Below, one piece after another: positions 24,426-36,270 of a DNA stretch of 64,000 nucleotides; the stretch's first letter is position 1; each line of letters begins with the position of its first letter. The DNA is from Pavona decussata. Taxonomy: Eukaryota. A program made the translations under genes and the position numbers. Where the stretch lies: the NCBI GenBank assembly GCA_977016875.1, contig CDRNST010000195.1:3410001-3474000 (forward strand). Direction: 5' to 3'. Under the pieces are notes generated by a model. That model was not told the origin of the DNA, searched no databases, and saw only the letters and a program-made list of their open reading frames with translations.

Positions 24426-27400
24426 TGTCATGAGAGACTAGTTTTTGATCATGTTTGTTTATTCCTGTATTGCGCATGTGCGTGAGTAGTTTCCCGGACC
24501 TCGTGGTTAGTTGAACGAAGTTGGAATGAAACACGAAGATTGATGTATACTTAGGACCTGTCTAATTAAATAGTATTGTTCCTGTTTAACTGAGCGTTCA
24601 TGTGTAGCATCAACCAGCGGTCAACTAAGACAAAGACGAAATGCTGAAACTCGACCCGCCGGAGAAACTTGACTTCACAAAGCCCCAAGAGTGGCTGGAG
24701 TGGAAGCAGCGATTCGAGCGATTTAGGTGCGCTACGAAACTTAGCGAGGAAGATGAAGTTCTACAGATAAATGCCCTTATCTACACTATGGGGAAAGAGG
24801 CAGAACATATATTCAAAGCGTTTACATTCACGGGTGGCAACGAAAAGAAGTATGCCAAGGTTATCGAGAAATTCGACGAGCATTTTATACCGAAGAGAAA
24901 TGTCATTCATGAGCGAGCATGTTTTCATCGACGCGTTCAAAAAGAAGGAGAAACCGTGGAAGCTTTCGTCCGAAATCTCTACGAGTTGGCAGAACATTGT
25001 GAATTTGGAACACAGAGAGATGAGCAAATCAGAAACAGGATTGTTATTGGAATTCTTGACAAATCACTCTCGCAAAAGCTTCAAATGAAATCGGATCTCA
25101 ATCTCGACACGGCGATACAAATGGCGCGTCAGTCCGAACTAGTAAAAGTTCAGGTTGCGGACCAGTCTGATGGTAAGCATTTGGGAGAAGTACACCAAAA
25201 GAAAGGCAAACCGAATCCAGTAAGAAGACCAGTCCGTAATGACCGTAACGTGCGTGACAAGAATCCTAAGAACGTTCCGATAGTTCACCCTTGTTCTCGA
25301 TGTAATCGCATACACAAACAAGATGAAACTTGCCCAGCGACTGGGAAGCGATGCTCGAAATGTCACAAAAAGGGCCATTTTGCTGTCGTGTGCCGTTCTG
25401 TGAGAGAGGTAATGTTCAATTCGGGAGGAGTTGATCAGCAATTTTTCCTTGGCGCCGTTAGTTCATGCGATAAGCTCGAAGAGCCGTGGAGTGTTGTGTT
25501 ACACATCAACCGGAAACCCGTACAGTTTAAGATTGACACAGGAGCCGATATCTCTGTAATCTCAGCCTCGACCTATCAATCCCTAACTCCGCGTCCAAAG
25601 CTGAAGCCTTCAAATGCCATGCTGTCCAGTCCAGGTGGGTTGCTGAATTGTAAAGGCCAATTTACAGCGGAAATCTCCCTTAAGGACAAACAGTACTTTG
25701 TTGATATTTATGTTATTGAAGGGTCATGTGTAAACAACCTACTCAGTCGTCACGCAGCATGCCAGATGGGTTTAGTCCAGCGCATCGAAGAAACTACTGC
25801 TAATGTGTTTGGTGACATGGGTCTAATGAACTGTGAGCCAGTTTAGATTGAGCTCACCGACAATGCAAAGCTGTATTGTGTTAATTCTGCGAGAAAGATT
25901 CTATTTCCTTTACTTCCCAAAGTGAAAGAGGAGCTCGAGCGCATGTTGCAAGAAGGAATCATCGAGGAAGTTAACGAACCGACCGACTGGTGTGCTGCTA
26001 TGGTTCCTGTTGCTAAAACCAACGGCAAAGTCAGAATTTGCGTCGACCTGCGGAGATTAAATGAAGCTGTTAAAAGAGAAAGATACATTCTTCCGACCTT
26101 AGAAGATGTTGCTCCAAAGCTGGCTGGAGCCGAAGTATTTTCAAAACTGGATGCATCTAGTCGTTATTGGCAAATACCTTTACACCCAGAAAGCTCAAGG
26201 TTAACCACCTTCATCACTCCCAGTGGCCGTTTCTGTTTCCGCCGTTTGCCATTTGGGATAACCTCCGCACCAGAAATTTTCCAGAAAAGAATGACCAACC
26301 TTCTAAATGACCAAGAAGGTGTGGCAGCTATCCAGGACGACATTATTGTCTATGGTAGAACTGTCGAAGAGCATGATGCAAGACTTCAGAAAGTGTTTGT
26401 AACCATCGCAAAGTCTGGACTTAAGCTGAATGAGAAGAAGTGCGAAATCCGCAAACCAAAGATATGCTACTTCGGAAATGTTATTAGTAAAGAGGGAGTC
26501 AGCCCAGATCCAGACAAAGTTAGAGCCATTCAGGAACTTCCAGCACCAAAGAATGTACCTGAATTGCGTCAGGTGCTCGGAATGATGAACTATCTGGGAA
26601 AATTCCTGCCAAACCTGTCAGACGTGATTAGCCCAATGAGTGTGTTCCTTAAAGCCGATAGTACCTGGAATTGGTCCCATCGCCAGCAGGAAGCTTTCGA
26701 CAAGGTCAAAGCCATGATAACCACAGCGCCTGTACTAGCATTCTACGATGTAAAGAAACCGACAGTGGTCTCTGCAGACGCCAGCAGCTATGGGTTAGGT
26801 GGTGTCCTCCTACAGAAGCATGGTGAACAACTACGTCCTGTTGCATTCGCCTCCCGTACCCTTACTAATGCAGAGAAGAAGTATGCTCAGATCGAGAAAG
26901 AGTGCTTAGCGTCAGTATGGACATGCGAGAAGTTTTCCCGCTACCTATGTGGTCTTGAGTCGTTCCAACTGATGACAGACCACAAGCCGCTAGTACCACT
27001 GTTTAATCATCAACACCTTGATCGAGTACCCTTAAGGTGTCAGCGCCTTCTTATGCACATGATGAGATTCAGGGCAAAGGCTCAACATGTGCCAGGAAAG
27101 CAACTAGTGGTGGCTGATACGCTTTCAAGAAATCCCCTCTCTGTCCCATTCGAGACATCTGACACAGAAGAAGAAGTTAGAGCCTATGTGGATGCAGCAG
27201 AAATGGTACGACCAGCATCACCTGAGAAGATGGAAAGGATCAAAGAAGCTACTTCTTCTGATCCTCAGCTGAGTCGTGTTCTGAATTATACTGCTAATGG
27301 TTGGCCAAAGTACGCTTCAGATGTATCAGAAGAAATCGGTCCTTATCATGCGGTCCGTGGTGTGCGGTCCGTGGTGATCTATCAGTAACAGACGGCAAGG

Positions 27401-28918
27401 TCATCTATCGAAACCGCCTTGTTATACCTCCTGCCCTACAGTCTGAGGTATTGGAGCGTATCCATGATGGTGATCAGGGCATAACCAAGTGTTGTGAAAG
27501 AGCTAATTTGTCAGTTTGGTGGCGACATCCAGAACAAAGTTTCAATGTGTGACTTTTGTCAAGAGAACTTACCTACTCAGAGAAAGGAACCACTTATCAC
27601 TACACCTCTCCCAGAAAGAGCATGGAAGAAGATTGGCACAGACTTATGCGAACACGAAGGGAAGCAGTTCCTAGTGGTTACTGATTATTATTCGAGATTT
27701 CCTGAGATAGCTTTCATGTCCAGCACCACCAGTGATGCCGTGATCAATAAGCTTAAGGACTTATTTGCCCGATGGGGAGTACCAGACGAAATTGTCAGTG
27801 ACAATGGTCCACAATTTTCCTCTGATCAGTTCCACAAGTTTAGCCAAGAATATGACTTCAAGCATACTACCACTAGTCCATATCATCCACAAGCAAATGG
27901 TCAATCGGAAAGTGGAGTTCGCATTGCCAAGAAGATATTAAGACAGCGTGATCCCTTTCTTGCACTTATGTCATATAGAGCTACACCTCATACAGCCACT
28001 GGTGTAAGTCCTTGCCAGCTTATGATGGGAAGAGAAATTCGCACACTTCTACCTACTTTAGAATCCAACCTAAGGCCAGTTTTACAAAGCCAGGAAGCAG
28101 TTACCAGGAAGGATGAGAAAACAAAAGCTGCCTACCGTCAGTACTTTGATCAGAGACATGGAGTGCGAACCCTTCCTGACTTACAGCCAGGCGACTCGGT
28201 GCATGTGAAATTGGATCAGCAGAAAGGATGGAAGACGCCTGGGAAAGTCATTGCAAGAAGCCTTACCCCTAGGTCGTACGTCGTCCAGACACCTTTCAGC
28301 GTGGTGCGTAGAAACCGTAGACACCTACGCCCAGCAACCAGTCCCAGGAGATTGGAAATACGTGATGAGCAAGATTTGGATCAAGATCCAGAGACACAAG
28401 CAGAAGGCCCAGGCTTGGAATCCTCACATGCTGAAGCAGAGCAATTACCGCAGATTGTTAAACCTTGTAAAGTGATCCCAACTGTACCCTCCTCTGCAGA
28501 AACACAGTCCAGTCTACCACAACCAGAAGTTAGGACCTCAAGTGGTCGTGTCGTTAGGAAACCTGTCCGTTTTAGAGACTCTGTTTGATCAGTGTTTACT
28601 TTTCTTTGAACTGTTATTGAGACATTGACTGATTAAAATGCAAGGCACTAAGCCAGTTGCTATATATATTTTCATGTTCACGTTTTGTATTCGCTAAGTC
28701 TTTAAGAGCTCAAAGGAGGGAGATGTCATGAGAGACTAGTTTTTGATCATGTTTGTTTATTCCTGTATTGCGCATGTGCGTGAGTAGTTTCCTGGACCTC
28801 GTAGTTAGTTGAACGAAGTCGGAATGAAATGCGAAGATTGATGTATACTTAGGACCTGTCTAATTAAATAGTATTGTTCCTGTTTAACTGAGCGTTCATG
28901 TGTAGCATCAACTTGACA
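24426..28918 (+). mobile_element. Full-length, defective Ty3/Gypsy (Mag-like) LTR retrotransposon
   Basis: LTRs 24426-24614 and 28724-28918 (TGTCA...TGACA), 5-bp TSD GTGCT (24421-24425, 28919-28923), PPT AAAGGAGGGAGA at 28712-28723. Confidence 0.97.
24641..28588 (+). pseudogene. Gypsy gag-pol (CCHC knuckles, aspartic protease, RT, RNase H, integrase)
   Basis: CSKCHKKGHFAVVC; FKIDTGAD; RLPFGITSAPEIFQ; IQDDIIVYG; DASSYGLG; DNGPQF...ANGQSE. Disrupted by TAG at 25844, a 14-bp tandem duplication (TGCGGTCCGTGGTG) near 27350-27377 and a deletion near 27522. Confidence 0.95.
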
Positions 28919-30371
28919 GTGCTAGTGATATTTTTCGGCTTCTTTTTAAGTGTGTTCGATCTCCTTTACGTTGCCTGATACACAGTCCCATCCTGGGAGA
29001 TGAACCAAAGACCCCTGGCTAGCTCAGGCGAAGACATACTTGGTTTGGAGGGGAATACTCTCTGGTCTTTCAACGATCAAAAGCTGCGCCGCTGCCTTTG
29101 TCTCTGGTTTCAGAATGATTGGAACTTTCTTGTCCCGTTTTCCCCAGATTTCAATCAGATCTAGCCTGAGGAATTAATATACAAAAGAGAACAGTAAGCA
29201 AGAAACTTAAAGTTATCATCTTGATATTTGGGTAGAGCCAACTGAAAACTTCAATATGATGAATGAGAGAATTAACAATAAATTAACCCATGAAAATCTT
29301 ACTGAGGGTAAGCTTTAGTTGGAGACCACACAAATTGACCTCAGCCAGAATCCAGACCTGGACTTGTAATTGCAGCAGATGTGAACGTGAAGGATACAAA
29401 TGAACTGATGCTGTGACTCAGCCGCATTAAAATTACAAACTTCAGTATATCCACCTTAGCCTTTCCTTTTACTAAGGGGTTAGGTTTTTTTAGCCATTTC
29501 GGTCTGATAACGGGCATGAGCCCTTTCCATTGGGATAGACAACCTTAAAAAAAGTTTTTTAAAAAGTTTTTTTCCTTGAGGTGCGTGGGGTTACTAGCTT
29601 GGAATATCGAATTTCTCTTGCTGTCCTAGAGTTTATTACACAGCATCTTTATGCTTTCCGTTCTCCATTTGAGTAGTTTAATAATCATGACAACAAAAAC
29701 TTTTCGCGAACTTCAAAGTATTCATTTTGGAAACGTGCTGGTGACATGACCTTAGAGCAAGTGGGCCTTTGCCAAAAGGATACTTTTTAAAAACGGACAG
29801 TTCAAGGATTCTTATGGGAAAAACCGTGTTCTAATGATAGCTTAATCATACGAAGGACTTTAAAGTGACGTTGATTCATTTTTTGTGTCATTTTGTGCTT
29901 TTGGGTCAAGCTGATACTAGATTTTGATCGGGATATTGTTTCTGTTACAGTTACCTTTGAAGTAATGTTACCTTTCACATAGTCGCCTTTCCAAGGGTGT
30001 CAAGGACTCCTTGAAGGAACTGCTTACACTTGTCCAGTTTGGGCGACTTTGAAATTGTTCTGTTTCAAGTGTAGCTGTCTCGCCAGACCTTCTTTTGTTA
30101 AAAATGATGATCCTGGCCAGCGTTGCCTTCGCGAGTCTGTTCCAGTCTTCATTTTTCTTTCCTTGCGTTAGTACATTAGAAACGCGTTCAGTCTTTTCAA
30201 CAAGGTGCTTCCTTATTAGCGCCAGGTCTTCAGCTAGGGCCAGGTACTCGATCTTGTTCCGTTTCCTTGACCCCAATGACGCCAGAGACCTAGAGTTGAT
30301 TTTAGTGGTCCAGTCAGCTTCATAGAGGTCAAGGAAACGTTTCGCCCTTTTTATGGCTACTTCGTCTTTTA

Positions 30372-30791
30372 GTAAGTAAGTAAGTAAAGCCTTTATTTAA
30401 AGAGGGTAGCACTTAATAGCCAAAGGCTAATAAACTTGTGGCCCTCACAACTATTTACAATCTAAAATACTGAAAGCTAAAATATATATATATATATATA
30501 TATATATACAGTTAAAATATAAAATATGACAGGATTCGATTATAAGATAAAAAATAAATTATTAAATTATGAAATGATGCAAAAATTGTTGTTCCTTAAA
30601 AATCTTGGGAAACATGTTCTTTTTAAAACATGCTACAGAATTTAGTTACCTAATTTCAATTGGTGTACTGTTCCACAGTCTTGTTGCCGAAACAGCGAAA
30701 GAGCGTCCTCCTTCTGTTTCTCTTTTATATTTAGGACAAACAGCATTAGTGCTTGAATATGTAGTGTTGCGGGAGTGCCGCTTAGGGCGGA
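30372..30791 (-). mobile_element. CR1/L2-type LINE 3' fragment
   Basis: RETEGGRSFAVSATRLWNSTPIEIR...FKK ORF2 C-terminus, followed by a 3' UTR and a short (CTTA)n tail. Confidence 0.75.
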
Positions 30792-32259
30792 TCTTTTAAG
30801 AACTTGCGCTCACTTTTTTAGGCTGTGACCTAATTTTAGAGCAAGGGAAGGGATGCTGATTTCTAGCCTTGACTCGGTGTTGAATTGACACAGTTCCTTG
30901 ACGGCATCCACCAAGGCATCGAACATAGGCGTATCAATATAGTCCTGTAAAGTTGCATCCTTTTTCTTGGCTTTAATCCAAAGCGTCTGGAGAAGACGCG
31001 CCAGCTGGCGCATCCTCTGAGAAACATAGTTGGCATCTTTTATGCCAACTTTTTCAAAGATGGCTGCCCCGAAGTCCGTGATCAATTGATCGCGGCGAGC
31101 TACGGATACAATGTCGTCGTTTTTCATGGACGAAATTAAATTACACTTTGGTACAGTTCCTGGTTGACGGTTGCAGTTGAAAATGAACTCGTTGGTAAGA
31201 GGAGCTTTGCCTCAACCTGCACTTTCTTCCATTTTTTTTCGTCCATTGTGGCATGGTGGGGACAGATGAGGCAATGCCACCAAAGCTCATCTCCCTTGAA
31301 GAAACCCAGGCAGTGAGGCCATGGCCAAAAATTGGGGTGAGAGTTTTGTTTGCTGGGGTTTCGCACCACAATTAACTCGCCCTCGCCAAGCGCCAACACT
31401 CAGCATTTGTGGTGGTAATCCCCCATTAAACGAATTCTCTCAAACGCCAAAATTTGCTCCTCAGAGCCTTCATTTAAGGACATGGCTTCAATAACTTTGG
31501 GTTCACCATTGTGGCGTCTATTTCGGTGTCTACTCAACTTCTGAAACCTTTGCTCGCAAAACATGCACATGTGTGCTTTGCTTGTAGAAATTGTTATGTT
31601 TGGAGATGTCCCTACAAAGAAAATCGCTTGAATTACATCAAAAGAATATTATTATCTTAATTGCGATAGCTAGGCCAAAGCATTACGACAAGAAAATTTT
31701 CAAAAAATCTTAGTTCTCCTAGTAATATTCAAGTAAATCTAGAAACGGCTTAAAAAGTTGTAGGGGAAGGGTAGTGGGATCTGGGAAATCTATCTTCAGG
31801 CACTTTAGCAATTTTATCCTTCTTGAAACCTTAACTAACATTTTACCAGACAGTTCTATGCTTGCCTGTCAGTTGAATTTTGCAAAAGCTACAAATAAGT
31901 TTCCATTGAAAAAAAAAAATGTTTCCATTGGTGCTTATCCCCCCATAAAATCTCTGTTTCCTGAAACTATTCTTTAAAATGATCTCTGAGTTCCCAAGCA
32001 TCTATTTACTTACTGACTGACTGACTGACTTACTTACTTTACTTCATTCACACCTTCAACATTAACACATTATATTTACATTTGTTATATATTTAGAAAT
32101 TAATTACATAAAGATTTTTAGTCACATTTTACACTAAATATAATTTCTACGTAAGGAAATGTGTCAAAACGTCGGGTGTTAGCAGATTACAATTGATTAA
32201 CTGATTATCAGGTTCAACTGATTTAATTTAAGTTATATTGAACAGCAGAAGAATAAAAT

Positions 32260-32703
32260 AGCTTTTTCAGCCCATGGAAGTAGAATGTGATTGGCAGTGG
32301 TGCAAGGCCCTCCACTAACCTCAAGCATATAATCTTGCGAAACCGAATGGATAAATCTATTTACACGGGATGTGAAGGGCTTTTCTGAGTCACCAAGTAC
32401 AAGGGTTTTCAAAAATTCCGTTAGGAAAGGAGTGAAAGGACGATAATCCTTATCCAATTCTTGTGGTTGAGGAGGCCAACGAAGGTTTGCTTGTGCTTCA
32501 GATTTCTTAAGCTCAGCTTTTATGCAAACGGCTGCCTTTCAGATCAGCTGTAATGGATCAGTATTACCTTCTTTAAGGGAATTCAACTATCCCTTTATTC
32601 TCATCTGCTCTGCAGCAAGGGTAGTAGTCTTAAGATTGTCAGGAATGACGAGGAGTTTTCCAGTGTCATCAGGGAAAATCAGCAGGCTTTCCCCAAATTC
32701 CCA
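32260..32703 (-). mobile_element. Academ-like transposase N-terminal fragment
   Basis: KAAVCIKAEL...WPPQPQEL...FLKTLVLG...RVNRFIHSVSQD...HILLPWA. Confidence 0.55.
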
Positions 32704-33776
32704 ATCCAATGCACTTTGAGTGAACCAGGAGTCCTGTTTGGTGTCCTTTACACTAAACTCCAGATTCACGGTTTCCCTCTCCGGTCTTGGCTATGACATA
32801 GACGCCATGCAGAGAAAGGCCTTGCTTTCCATAAAACTGATGCTGTGTTTCTCTGCAATATTTTCACAACTCCAATTTCATTTTGTAGTGGATGATGACT
32901 ACAAGTTTGTCAAGTTTTAGATTTGAAACAACAAACTGGAAATAGCTAGCCTGATGCTTTGTGTGTAGCAGGTGTGGCAGATAGAGTTCACATTTTGCCA
33001 CAGATTCATCCAGCTTCTCAGACAGAGGGGCCTTTTCAGCAGCTGTGGGCACATCTTAAATGCCTTCCTCAATTGAATGAATAGTGGAGTAAAATGCATC
33101 AATCTTGGCACTGGTGTGTGGATGATCTACAGAGCAGCTCCCAAATGCATAAGAGAGGCAAAGTTCCATGGCACTGGAGTGTGTTTCTGGTTCCTTTCTG
33201 AATTTTTTCTTAAAATACCGAAAATGTACTGTCAGCTGCTTGATCAAATCTGATGCCAAAATCTTGCCACGTTTGCTTGCAACTTCTTGCACAAGCTGCT
33301 TCGTGGAATCAAAGGTTGCATGTCCATGTTCATCACATATGTTACATAACCCAGCCGGCACTGTGTTGGTACAAATGTTAAGTGGTAGATGTGTGTATAT
33401 GTAGGTACGCTTGACACCTCCTGGAAACTCTTAAGAGGTACTGGTCAATGGTGGTTTTCACAGTGTCAACCCAGTAATGCACTGCAGTCTCATTTCCATG
33501 AACAAGGACACTTCTACAGGAGAATGGTCTTGGAATATCACTCCGGTTGAGAAAATCTGTCAGGGTTTCCAACACCTCCTGGCTCACTCGTTGACATGTA
33601 AATTTTGAATCTGATGGTGGTACACCTTCACCACCAAACCAAATTGCGTGAACCTTGGCTGCTGTGATTGTGTTGGATGAACAGCCAAACTTCTTTTCTA
33701 AATATGCATATGAAAAATCATTAGCAACAATTGACAGTAATCTCCTCTTGCGAACAGTGTGTTGGTTCTTTAACAT
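32704..33776 (-). mobile_element. Sola3-like transposase fragment including the first catalytic region
   Basis: AGLCNICDEHGHATF...; HYKMKLEL*KYCRETQHQFYGKQGLSLHG (DYKMK/DWAMK-type motif, D mutated); DTKQDSWF. Contains frameshifts. Confidence 0.55.
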
Positions 33777-33973
33777 CCCACATAGTGATCATGAACAGGG
33801 GTTGTAAGACGGGACCTACGAAATATATTGTATACCTCCTTATACACACTGCACTACTAGTACAGTATGCATATAGTTTATTACTCTCACCAGGGTAGTC
33901 CATGGACGAAACACTTACCCGCCACCCCAATGGACTACCCTAACCCTAACCCTGATCATTTTTTTGGGGGGTA

Positions 33974-34402
33974 CCATGTAGGACAAAAAATTTGCATGAG
34001 TTTTATTTTGCAGATTGGTGATTTTTTTGTGGTTTGCGGGAACAAATTTTTTGTGATTCTCTTTTCAAGCAGCAGAACATTTAAGTGGAAGAAACCTCAA
34101 TATTTAACTTTAATTGTACGGTATCTTGAGTCACAGTTCACTGTACTTACATATTACAGACACAGTATCGCTGTAATGCCTAATAGCCCAATGCTTAACG
34201 CATCATTTTGTTTGTGATACAGACTGCCATATGTACACTGTATTTGCCAGCACGTTATAAAATAGAGTTTTTAATTTGACTGAAGGATTTAATTTTTGCA
34301 GCATTATATATTTTGTGGGTATTTTTTTCTGTGGGAACTAATGTTTGCGGATCGAGGTCAATCCACAAGACTTAGAACCCGCAAAATTTTCATGCCATAC
34401 GG
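33974..34402. mobile_element. Tc1/mariner-type MITE with TA TSD
   Basis: TA|CCATGTAGGACAAAAAATTTGC ... GCAAAATTTTCATGCCATACGG|TA, nested in a GGGGTAGTCCATGGAC repeat. Confidence 0.6.
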
Positions 34403-36019
34403 TAGTCCATGGACTGGGGTCCGTGTCACCATCCAGTGATCATACTCAATAAAAGATCTGAGTTGTACATTGCCCTATCACCTAACCTGTTTGGGAACAA
34501 GTCCTCTTTAACTGTCCCAGCTGTAGTTCAAAATATAAAATAATACAATATTAAGACAGTTTTTAGTGTAAGTTGTATTTCGAATATAATGTATAATTAA
34601 GGATCAAATGTTTGAAGTCATTACAAATAATTGAAATTTTAGCAATGATACCAAAGGTATTGATATTAGTGGTCAATTTGAATTAATATGTGGGTTTCCA
34701 TTATGGTTCAGGAGGTAGTTGCAATGGCAATAAGTTACTATATGTATTTACCCCTGATTCCATCTCCTTAAAATGGTGTGCCGTAGAATCCTAAAACAAA
34801 CCATTATATACAAGTGTATTTGGTTATAAAGTGCTTTAAACCTTTTGTGCCATTGCAGTAAAACCAAAAAGGATTTAAGCCTATTAAAACAACTCAAGTG
34901 AACGTGAGCAAATATCAGTGTAATGGACATTTATTTATTTTCCTTCTTAAAATCAACTTGTCCATAAAGACAAGACCATAGTCATCATGGAAGTCCACCT
35001 GTTCACTCTCACTGTTGTCAGCACTGTGGTCAGGAATTTTAACACCACTACAGCCTTCCTCTGAGTCATCTTGGGCATGATGGTGTTGATTACCTTTTTA
35101 ATGCTTGACGACTCCAGCTGAGTGGTGTTGACGTTCATTTGACCCACTTTTTCTTTGTATTTTGCCTCTTTTTCTTTCGCCATGTTCTCCAACCCCTTTC
35201 TTAGGGCTTCCTGGCATTTCTTTAGCTCCGTCATTTTACCTTGCATTTTTTCTTCTTATGGCGTGTCATATTGTCGGCCCTCTTTAAATTTCGAAGCTCT
35301 TTGTCCAGGCGAAGAAGACTTTCGTGTTCGTTGAGCATGTTCAAAGAGCCCTGGTAGACTGTTTCTACTTTTTGCTTGCCCGTTTTTTCTTCAACTGGCT
35401 TCTGATCGATGAGACGCTTTGCGTGATTTAACAGAAGGGTGGTTTTCTTTAGAGACCACTTTGTTGCAATCAGCCCAGTTATTGTAGTCTTGGACCTTTT
35501 GGCAAAGCTGAAGAATATGCTGAAGAATCCTAACTACCTGCATTGACTCTGATTTCTTTGGGCTATGCTAGTATGTACATCATCATGTACATTACATGAA
35601 GACATACACAACCTCGATCTGTGAGGTTTCAGCAATGGATGTGTGAAAACAATAAATTAAGTTTGTGTTATCTGTTTATATTGTATTATGGAATATTTTC
35701 AGTTCCAATTAAAGTGGCTGCATTGGCATACCTCAGCCACTGATGGTGTAATTTAACATTGAACCTGTGTGAATTAACATTGTCCCGACACATGCAAAAA
35801 TTCAAACCAAAGAAAATTACATGCCACTGTCACATCAATTCACAATATTATGAAACTAAGTAAGCTCTCCATGATACGCTGCCATAGATTTGTCAGTAAA
35901 ACAGGCAAAGTACACATTTACGGAACTGTTTGCTGACAATCTGAGCCCCACATGAACCTGCACAAATACACGTTATGATGTAGTTGTAAGTAGGGTATTC
36001 AAAGCCTGGAATAACTACG

Positions 36020-36270
36020 CACTCGTTTTCTGAAGTGCCACCTCATCAATGGTAAGTTTTAGCATTCTTGTCCCTTAATGATGACGCCACCTGTTTGAGG
36101 AAAGTGGTGTTGGTAAGTGCGAGAAAATCCTCGTGCTCCGTCACACACGATATCCTTTGGATGCTGCCATTGAAAGTCAGCTTCCCACGAGCACAGTCCA
36201 CTTCTCTGCAGCATCTAAACTCTCGTGCTGATACAAGCGTCGAGTCGCTACACAGTCCACGAGTACACCT
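36020..36270 (-). pseudogene. P2X7-C-terminal-like (Kolobok KolX-type) Cys-rich exon remnant
   Basis: DCSDSTLVSAREFRCCREVD...ISCVTEHEDFLALTN...LRDKNAKTY...SENE, with an upstream AG acceptor. Confidence 0.55.

Larger units (their letters stand above)
24309..31585 (-). pseudogene. Crypton-like tyrosine recombinase gene split by Gypsy and CR1 insertions (31585-30792, 30371-29971, 29165-28919, 24425-24309)
   Basis: N-terminal CMFC..RH...H finger; SQRMRQLARLL; PSLALKLGHSLKK; IIFNKRRSGE; IEIWGKRDKKVPIIL; NITSTKLRKYIVT...WLARHLGHDIRVHREF. GT-AG intron ~29970-29166. Confidence 0.8.

Noticed and set aside
33938-33953. Interstitial telomere (CCCTAA)n
   Set aside because: Only ~2.5 units, embedded in a small repeat element.
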